From: a virus
Lineage: Duplodnaviria > Heunggongvirae > Uroviricota > Caudoviricetes
Length of the DNA stretch: 64,000 nt
Reading direction: 5' to 3' (one strand)
Virus record (IMG/VR): IMGVR_UViG_3300035660_001437
The notes under the pieces: generated by a model
Seen by the model: the letters and a program-made list of their open reading frames with translations, nothing else
What the model was told of the DNA's origin: nothing
Database searches by the model: none
Position numbers and translations under genes: made by a program
Shown: positions 58,389 through 64,000 of the stretch, one piece after another
Layout: each line of letters opens with the position of its first letter
Numbering within the stretch: position 1 is the first letter of the stretch

Positions 58389-58951
58389 GCAAAATCGGTT
58401 TCAGAACGCGCAAGCGTGGCACTCCTAAACAAATAGGGAAGAAATTTCCGGTGCTGGAGAAAAAGCCGCTGCCTAAACTGAGAGTTGGCGGCAAGACTAT
58501 CATGAAGGTAAAAGAGGGCGATAGATTCGTTGCAGCCAGAGACGTTCCGATAAGAAACACCGAGCTCAGATGGAGAGACCCCGTAGGTCTGATGGAGAAA
58601 CTGCATTCGGGAAAATTCATAGTCGACAAGGTGATTGGAGACGAAGTTTGGCTTGCAGACGCTGATTGGGAGCCAACCGGCAGAATCACTTTTCACTCTT
58701 CAAAGCACGGCCACATCATATTCAAGAAAGACCTGAAGAAATTGAGGCGATGGAGAAAATTGCGAGATGCCGGCAGTTTAGGAATAATGACACCGCCTTC
58801 TCAAGAGACATATCGCAGAAGAGGTACTGCAGCAGGCGTTGATATTCCAGTAGAGCCTCGCAAGGAGAGGCTCGAAGAAATAGCTGAAAGAACGAGACGA
58901 AGAATGGCGTCGAAGCCAGAAAGAATGAGAAAAAAGAGAGGATTTGTATGA
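58385..58951 (+). CDS. basic-leader paralog family member B
   Basis: MSKIGFRTRKRGTPKQIGKKFPVLEKKPLPKL. Confidence 0.55.
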   Translation: MSKIGFRTRKRGTPKQIGKKFPVLEKKPLPKLRVGGKTIMKVKEGDRFVAARDVPIRNTELRWRDPVGLMEKLHSGKFIVDKVIGDEVWLADADWEPTGRITFHSSKHGHIIFKKDLKKLRRWRKLRDAGSLGIMTPPSQETYRRRGTAAGVDIPVEPRKERLEEIAERTRRRMASKPERMRKKRGFV

Positions 58952-59355
58952 AGTTCAAAAAGCGAATTAGAGGGACGCCAAAACAAATAGGAAAGCCGTT
59001 TCCTATTGGCGAAAAGAGAAAGCTGCCGAAGCTGAGAATGGCACGAAGAAAACTAACGCCTTATGACTTGCCATACGAGAAAGACATATCAATTGGGCCG
59101 TACACGATTCACTGGCGCTATCACGAATACGCCGATGACTACGCAGTGAGCTTGTGGTTAGGCGACAAGTGCATAGATTGGCGTATGCCAAAAACCAAGA
59201 GAGACACAATAAAGGCAATCAAAGAGTTCAGAAAAAGAGCTTCTGAAGAGTTGGGGAAGTCAGAAAGGGCAACCGAATGGTACGCCAGGCGCTATCCAAT
59301 GATGTTCAGAGGCGGCGGCAAGCGCGCCGCGTACTACGGCGGAAAAACAAGATGA
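58948..59355 (+). CDS. basic-leader paralog family member C
   Basis: MKFKKRIRGTPKQIGKPFPIGEKRKLPKL. Confidence 0.55.
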   Translation: MKFKKRIRGTPKQIGKPFPIGEKRKLPKLRMARRKLTPYDLPYEKDISIGPYTIHWRYHEYADDYAVSLWLGDKCIDWRMPKTKRDTIKAIKEFRKRASEELGKSERATEWYARRYPMMFRGGGKRAAYYGGKTR

Positions 59356-59369
59356 GAGGGATGCTGTAA

Positions 59370-59576
59370 ATGCCAAAAACAAGGCGAAAACTGATGGGAA
59401 CTAAAAAGCCTTATGGTTATGTTGTTAGTGGCTCAAGAGTTAAGCATGGAGTTTATTGTAAGACCCTGACTGCGGCAAAAAAGGAAATGAATAGGCAAAT
59501 GTTCAGGCTTCGCAGCAAGGAATCTGGAATTAGAGAAGTTTCAAAAGAAGAATGGCTAAAGCGGAGGAAAAAGTAA
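59370..59576 (+). CDS. small basic protein (MPKTRRK...)
   Basis: 68 aa. Confidence 0.4.
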   Translation: MPKTRRKLMGTKKPYGYVVSGSRVKHGVYCKTLTAAKKEMNRQMFRLRSKESGIREVSKEEWLKRRKK

Positions 59577-59655
59577 TGCGCGAGAAATGGAAAAAGAAGC
59601 GGCAGCGAAGAGAGAAAAAGAAGAGAGAGAAAAGAAAGGAGAGATATAAATAAAA

Positions 59656-60303
59656 GTGCAAGAACTAAAGCCATACGACGAGCTTTCTCAAGGCGGAAAA
59701 TGGGCTAGAGACCATCCAGAATACAAAGAACACAACAAAAAACATTTAAAAGAATACAAAAGAGAATACCGCCTAAACAATAAACTCCGGGTTTTAGAGC
59801 ATTACTCCAATGGTGCTATGGCATGCGCAGTTTGCGGAAAAAAGAACATTAACTTTCTGACGGTAGACCACATAAATGGCGGAGGATGCCGGCATAGGAG
59901 AGAAGTAAATGCCGATATGTTGTATTGGCTCGAACGCAAATACAGGACAACCGGCATTTGGCCTAAAGGATACCAAGTGCTGTGCGCCAACCATAATTTC
60001 ATAAAGAAATTTGAAGAGAACGGTTATGCACCAAATAACCAAACTTTGGCAATAGGAAGGTTGATAATCGAAATACGCCATTTGTTGGGAGAAAAATGCG
60101 AAATTTGTGGGTTTGAAGACGCAAGAGCGCTACACATAGACCACGTTAATGGCGGTGGCTTGGAAGAGCTAAGAAGCTTCAGCGGCACTTATGCCTATTA
60201 TAAAAACATTCATGACAAAATCCTGGCCGGCTCAAGAGATTATCAGCTTTTGTGCGCGAATCATAATCTTGAAAAGGAATTAAGCAAAAGAGAGGCTAGG
60301 TGA
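59656..60303 (+). CDS. tandem HNH-motif endonuclease-like protein
   Basis: CAVCGKKNINFLTVDHINGGG...YQVLCANHNF and CEICGFEDARALHIDHVNGGG...YQLLCANHNL. Confidence 0.55.
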   Translation: MQELKPYDELSQGGKWARDHPEYKEHNKKHLKEYKREYRLNNKLRVLEHYSNGAMACAVCGKKNINFLTVDHINGGGCRHRREVNADMLYWLERKYRTTGIWPKGYQVLCANHNFIKKFEENGYAPNNQTLAIGRLIIEIRHLLGEKCEICGFEDARALHIDHVNGGGLEELRSFSGTYAYYKNIHDKILAGSRDYQLLCANHNLEKELSKREAR

Positions 60304-60354
60304 AAAAACATTGAGCTTAACGGAAAACAGAGAGGTACAATAGAGGTATAAGTA

Positions 60355-60810
60355 ATGCCAAAAACAGCAAAATACCCCGTTGAAAAAAGAGGGGCAAGCT
60401 ACCAGCGCTATCTCGGAAAACTGCGCAGGAGAAGCAAGTGGAAAAAGCGGGCGCGCAGGCCAAAAAGAGAGAAAGCCGCTCCTATACTCGTCGTTGAGAA
60501 GAAAACCAAGAGAGTTCTAGTGAAGAAAGAGAAATTGCCAACCAGTATGCGAGAGCTGGCAGCTGCTGTGTCAAAGCCGGCAAAGCATAAAGATTTCAAA
60601 AAGTGGAGACTAGAAAAGCCAAAACCGATTTCTGTCGTCAAAAGAGCTACCATGAAAGAAATCGCGACAATGAGAAGAGCGATGGGCATATCTGCAAGCA
60701 AAGCGAGGAGACTTCTCAGGATGGCTCAAAGAACCGCGCAGCCGGAATACAAACCAAAAAGAAAGAAGAAAATATGGCTACCCAAAACAATTCAGAGAGG
60801 ACTGAGATAA
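60355..60810 (+). CDS. basic protein (MPKTAK...)
   Basis: 151 aa, about 35% K/R. Confidence 0.45.
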   Translation: MPKTAKYPVEKRGASYQRYLGKLRRRSKWKKRARRPKREKAAPILVVEKKTKRVLVKKEKLPTSMRELAAAVSKPAKHKDFKKWRLEKPKPISVVKRATMKEIATMRRAMGISASKARRLLRMAQRTAQPEYKPKRKKKIWLPKTIQRGLR

Positions 60811-61047
60811 ATGCCGACATTTCTCCAGGAAACTTTTAGCTTCGCTCCTCACTCCGTTCGGAGAAAGCGTAAAAGAGCGTATACCAGAAAAAAGTCGCGG
60901 GTTAAAAGGAGAGCAAAGACAACTCGAAAGCGCAGCGGGTATGCTTTTGGAAAAGAAGGCGAAGCAATTATTAGGACAACAGGCGCGCTCATGGCGACAG
61001 GCGCAGCGATAGGAACAATGGGTCTTATAGGCAAACTCGGTAAATGA
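60811..61047 (+). CDS. small basic protein with C-terminal Gly/Ala-rich hydrophobic segment
   Basis: 78 aa. Confidence 0.4.
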   Translation: MPTFLQETFSFAPHSVRRKRKRAYTRKKSRVKRRAKTTRKRSGYAFGKEGEAIIRTTGALMATGAAIGTMGLIGKLGK

Positions 61048-61058
61048 GGTGGAAATAG

Positions 61059-61280
61059 TTGCCAATAGGCAAAAAGCTGCCTCGATACAAGGTGATTCGC
61101 TGCAATGCGACCAAAGAGAGGCATTTAATCACAAGAATTGACAGAGACAAATATCCTCGCAGGCACGTTCCTGTTGACGTCATTTTTAAAGCCATTCGCA
61201 GGCACTACAAAAAATACCATCCAGTTTTGTTCAAAAGAATGATTAGGAAAGCGCAATATACGAAGAGGAAGCGCAAATAA
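61059..61280 (+). CDS. small basic protein (MPIGKK...)
   Basis: 73 aa. Confidence 0.4.
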   Translation: MPIGKKLPRYKVIRCNATKERHLITRIDRDKYPRRHVPVDVIFKAIRRHYKKYHPVLFKRMIRKAQYTKRKRK

Positions 61281-61405
61281 TGGGAAGGCAAGAATTGACT
61301 AAGAGGCAAAAGCGAATATCGTGGAAGAAGCGATATTATGAACTTCTTAGTGAGCTTCTTAAACAAAGCAAACCGAGGAAGAAAAAGCGATAGGGGAGCG
61401 CGCTC

Positions 61406-61708
61406 ATGCCGCGAAGAAGACAAAAGCCAAAAGTATCCATTAAAAAGAGATTGGTAAATGGCAGCATAAAGTTCACGTGGACTAACGATGGTTGGTTAGC
61501 TGTTGTCGCAAAGCCTATCCCTCGCTCTACGTTGTGGGCGCTAAGCAAACGCGGCAAAAAGCGAGGCATGAAATTTTATAATCTATATTCAAAAGACCCG
61601 CGCGAGCCAAAATATTTCACCATTCCGTTCAGCGATGAAGAGCGGAAAAATATAGCTAGCGGTCTCGACCCGCACGGGTTGCCATTTGGCAGGAGAAAAA
61701 AGAAATGA
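61406..61708 (+). CDS. small basic protein (MPRRRQK...)
   Basis: 100 aa. Confidence 0.4.
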   Translation: MPRRRQKPKVSIKKRLVNGSIKFTWTNDGWLAVVAKPIPRSTLWALSKRGKKRGMKFYNLYSKDPREPKYFTIPFSDEERKNIASGLDPHGLPFGRRKKK

Positions 61709-61902
61709 GTCTTAAAACAATAAGAAGAACAGTCAAAAAATCAATTACCGACGAGAAGCAAGCTTCTCCTCACTACAGAAAACTGGCATCCAAGATGAGC
61801 AAAGCCGGCCTTAAGAAAGAGGCCAAAACAGTTCGAGGAATAGCGAAAGTTGAAACGCAGCACAGGAAAAAGCTGAAGAAGATTTTGAGGAAACTGAAAT
61901 GA
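61705..61902 (+). CDS. small basic protein
   Basis: 65 aa. Confidence 0.4.
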   Translation: MSLKTIRRTVKKSITDEKQASPHYRKLASKMSKAGLKKEAKTVRGIAKVETQHRKKLKKILRKLK

Positions 61903-62453
61903 AATGGCTCAAACGCAAGCGCGGAACAGATAGACAGAAAGGAAAGCCGTTTCCGGTAAGAGGCAAAAGAAAGCTTCCTGAGATTGTTTACCCGATAAAG
62001 TACGACAAGAAAAAAGCCGTAAACAGTAAGCGTGCGTTTTATCGCTTCTTCGGCCATCTAACTCGCTCAGCATACGAGAGATTGAAAGATAACAAATTGC
62101 CTGGAAATGACGCCTATTTTCTTCTCGATGATAACACAATCTTTGCGGGAGAACTTCCTGAGAACAAGAAAGCGTGGCGTGGTTTAATCAAAAAAGCCGT
62201 AAAAGCTGAAAAACCTCTAGCTTACGGCGTAATTACGCCGATATGGATTTCTCCTCCAACAAAAGGGGTGTTGCCAAGCCGCCATCCGTTCAGGAAAGAA
62301 GGTGTGATTATAACGGTGTATTCGCCGCGCGAGCAGAAGGCGTCTTTCGTGGAATACGAATTTATTACTCCCAAGCTAATAGAAGTGAAGAAGCCAGTTG
62401 TTTGGGAGAAGTTCGAAGACAGTCTCGTCGGGAACGTTTATGGGGTGAAATGA
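61899..62453 (+). CDS. basic-leader paralog family member D
   Basis: MKWLKRKRGTDRQKGKPFPVRGKRKLPEI. Confidence 0.55.
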   Translation: MKWLKRKRGTDRQKGKPFPVRGKRKLPEIVYPIKYDKKKAVNSKRAFYRFFGHLTRSAYERLKDNKLPGNDAYFLLDDNTIFAGELPENKKAWRGLIKKAVKAEKPLAYGVITPIWISPPTKGVLPSRHPFRKEGVIITVYSPREQKASFVEYEFITPKLIEVKKPVVWEKFEDSLVGNVYGVK

Positions 62454-63091
62454 ATTTGAAGTGGAAGAAAAGGGTTAGAGGCACTCGCAGGCAAATAGGG
62501 AAACCGTTTCCTGTTGGCGAGAAAAAGCGGCTGCCCAGATTCGAAGTGCCGTCGACAAAAGAGTGGCCGCGCATAAAGCTCTATTACAATTACATCGAGC
62601 AGGTCGGCCAGAAGATGCTTGCGGAGGGCTTCGACCCAAAAACAATCGAGAAAATCCTGTCTATGGCGTCTAAAAAGAAAGTGCGAAACTTCAATGAGAT
62701 GGTGATGGACATACAGCTTCCGCTGGCAAAAGACAAGAGAGTAGACATCGACACACTCGATACTTTTATTGGAAGATTGATAAAATATGATGTGAGAGCC
62801 GGCACTCTTTCTGGAGGCAAACGCAAGCCGACCAGCGTCGCAATTACGTACCGCGACGAGTTCGGAATCGAGCGAAAAAAGAGGGTGAAAGTGAAAGATA
62901 CGCCAGAGTTTTACCAGCAAGTGAGAGCAAAAGGGTATGAAATTCACGACGTATCGGGCAGAAGAGGCAGTTCCCAATGCGCAGCCGAGAGACGTCCGAG
63001 CATGACAGGCGGGAAGTTCCTTGAAAAATTGGCATGGATGTTGAGACATCCAGGAGACCCTATGCCAGAGTGGATTCCTGTTGGCGATTAG
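62450..63091 (+). CDS. basic-leader paralog family member E (contains an R1 repeat copy in frame near the C-terminus)
   Basis: MNLKWKKRVRGTRRQIGKPFPVGEKKRLPRF; ATGA overlap with D; R1 repeat at 62970-63006 is translated as SSQCAAERRPSMTG. Confidence 0.5.
   Translation: MNLKWKKRVRGTRRQIGKPFPVGEKKRLPRFEVPSTKEWPRIKLYYNYIEQVGQKMLAEGFDPKTIEKILSMASKKKVRNFNEMVMDIQLPLAKDKRVDIDTLDTFIGRLIKYDVRAGTLSGGKRKPTSVAITYRDEFGIERKKRVKVKDTPEFYQQVRAKGYEIHDVSGRRGSSQCAAERRPSMTGGKFLEKLAWMLRHPGDPMPEWIPVGD
62970..63006. repeat. R1 dispersed repeat, forward, inside a CDS
   Basis: GTTCCCAATGCGCAGCCGAGAGACGTCCGAGCATGAC, identical to the copy at 39721-39757. Confidence 0.65.
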
Positions 63092-63105
63092 GAGATTGAG
63101 CGCAG

Positions 63106-63693
63106 TTGAAGTGGAAAACTCGCACGCGGGGAAGCGCCAGGCAAATCGGGCAAAAGTTCCCGGTAAGAGAGAAGAAAAAGCTGCCGAAACTGATACAAAC
63201 AACATTTCCGTCTGGCAGAAAGGGGTTAGAGCCATTTTATAGAAAAGCTCAATCTTACAGAGAAGCTCTCGCAAAGCGAATGGCGAGAAAGCCTGTGTTG
63301 ATGCGCTATTATGTAAGCCCGGAGGGATACGGAAGCGACCAATTCGGAATGATACAATTTTACTACGACGGCGCTTTTCTCTCAAATGCGGTGAGGCTGG
63401 TAACTCACGATAAGTGGGTCGGCAGCTGGGACAAGAGCAAGCCGTGGATTTACATTGACGACGATGTACCGCCAAAATATTGGAAGTCTCTAGCAATTCA
63501 CGAATCAGTTGAAAAATATCTCAAAGAAAAATATGGTTTGGACGAGAACGCAGAGGGACACGAGGCATCTGAAGAGGTTGAAAGGAGAAGATTCTGCAAA
63601 GAGAGCAAATGCCCGGCAGATTGGGACGAATATTCGAAAATAGTTGAGAGAGTGCACAGGGCGGAGATGAAATATGCCGAAAGAAATAGTTGA
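63106..63693 (+). CDS. basic-leader paralog family member F (TTG start)
   Basis: (M)KWKTRTRGSARQIGQKFPVREKKKLPKL; SD AGGAG 13 nt upstream. Confidence 0.5.
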   Translation: MKWKTRTRGSARQIGQKFPVREKKKLPKLIQTTFPSGRKGLEPFYRKAQSYREALAKRMARKPVLMRYYVSPEGYGSDQFGMIQFYYDGAFLSNAVRLVTHDKWVGSWDKSKPWIYIDDDVPPKYWKSLAIHESVEKYLKEKYGLDENAEGHEASEEVERRRFCKESKCPADWDEYSKIVERVHRAEMKYAERNS

Positions 63694-63931
63694 CACTTTT
63701 CCGAATACACACGCCGGTCTCGCAACCTCATCGGTTGTTTTGAGGTACATGAGAAAGAAAGACCGCAGCCACAGGTACAGCAGGCATTTCCCGCGCGGTC
63801 TGCGGTCGATAAAGTTTCACATCGTAAAAGAATCGTGGCATAAGCCGAAGAAGAGGATTAAAGATACGGTAACAAAAAAAAGAAAAAGAAGAGAAAAAAG
63901 GAGAAGAGAAAGATTAGGTGAAAGAAAATGA
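63674..63931 (+). CDS. small basic protein (MPKEIV...)
   Basis: 85 aa ending KKRKRREKRRRERLGERK. Confidence 0.4.
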   Translation: MPKEIVDTFPNTHAGLATSSVVLRYMRKKDRSHRYSRHFPRGLRSIKFHIVKESWHKPKKRIKDTVTKKRKRREKRRRERLGERK

Positions 63932-64000
63932 GAAAAATTAAAAAGAGACGTGAAATCTCTTTCAAGGCAACACCTAGAAAGCCAAAGATAGTTCACATTT

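Noticed and set aside
1-64000. Interpretation as an NCLDV (eukaryotic giant virus) fragment, suggested by Topo IB, ASFV-like Pol X, RFC/PCNA, HNH, GTs and the macro domain
   Set aside because: Genes are preceded by Shine-Dalgarno-like GGAG/AGGAG sites. BRE-TATA motifs lie 30-50 nt upstream. GTG/TTG starts and pervasive ATGA translational coupling occur. These are prokaryote/archaeal-type signals, not NCLDV early/late promoters.

Overview
This 64-kb window looks like a gene-dense archaeal virus or mobile-element-like segment. Recurrent BRE+TATA motifs (GAAAAG-TATATAAA on the transcribed strand) sit about 30-50 nt upstream of starts. Shine-Dalgarno-like GGAG/AGGAG lies before most ATG/TTG/GTG starts, and many genes overlap by ATGA. 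No rRNA, tRNA or CRISPR array was recognised.

The window has two divergent arms.

- Arm 1 (about 0.9-41.8 kb, almost entirely minus strand) carries a DNA-replication and nucleotide-metabolism module. Strong sequence-level calls are a family-B DNA polymerase, an RFC small-subunit clamp loader, a eukaryote-like type IB topoisomerase, an ASFV-like minimal Pol X, ThyX and a Dam-family N6A methylase. More tentative calls are a PCNA-like clamp, DUF1643, two MazG-like, macro-domain and NADAR proteins, and a PD-(D/E)xK nuclease. The arm also has tandem-HNH endonuclease paralogs, an SPFH/flotillin protein, a PadR regulator, an HTH protein with an H1-like lysine tail, and many small zinc-ribbon and membrane proteins.
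- Arm 2 (about 42.2-64 kb, plus strand) begins with membrane proteins. It has a 1386-aa signal-peptide protein rich in N-glycosylation sequons with a C-terminal polytopic anchor. A glycan-modification locus follows, with two GT2 transferases, a B12-binding radical-SAM enzyme, an FkbM methyltransferase and membrane proteins. The arm ends with a striking co-directional array of about 25 tiny, extremely basic proteins. Six of these form a paralogous family with a conserved 35-aa N-terminal leader (consensus M-K-W-K-K-R-x-R-G-T-x-R-Q-I-G-K-x-F-P-V-x-E-K-K-K-L-P-K).

Two dispersed repeat families sit in or beside the arm junction. One is a 37-nt element present in both orientations. The other is a palindromic GAGCGAGCGAGACATATCTGCTCGCGAGC element upstream of two genes. 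A palindrome-rich AT-rich strand-switch region and a GC-rich ORF-poor 850-bp region are also present.

All functional calls rest on motif-level recognition by eye and established family knowledge. No database search was run.
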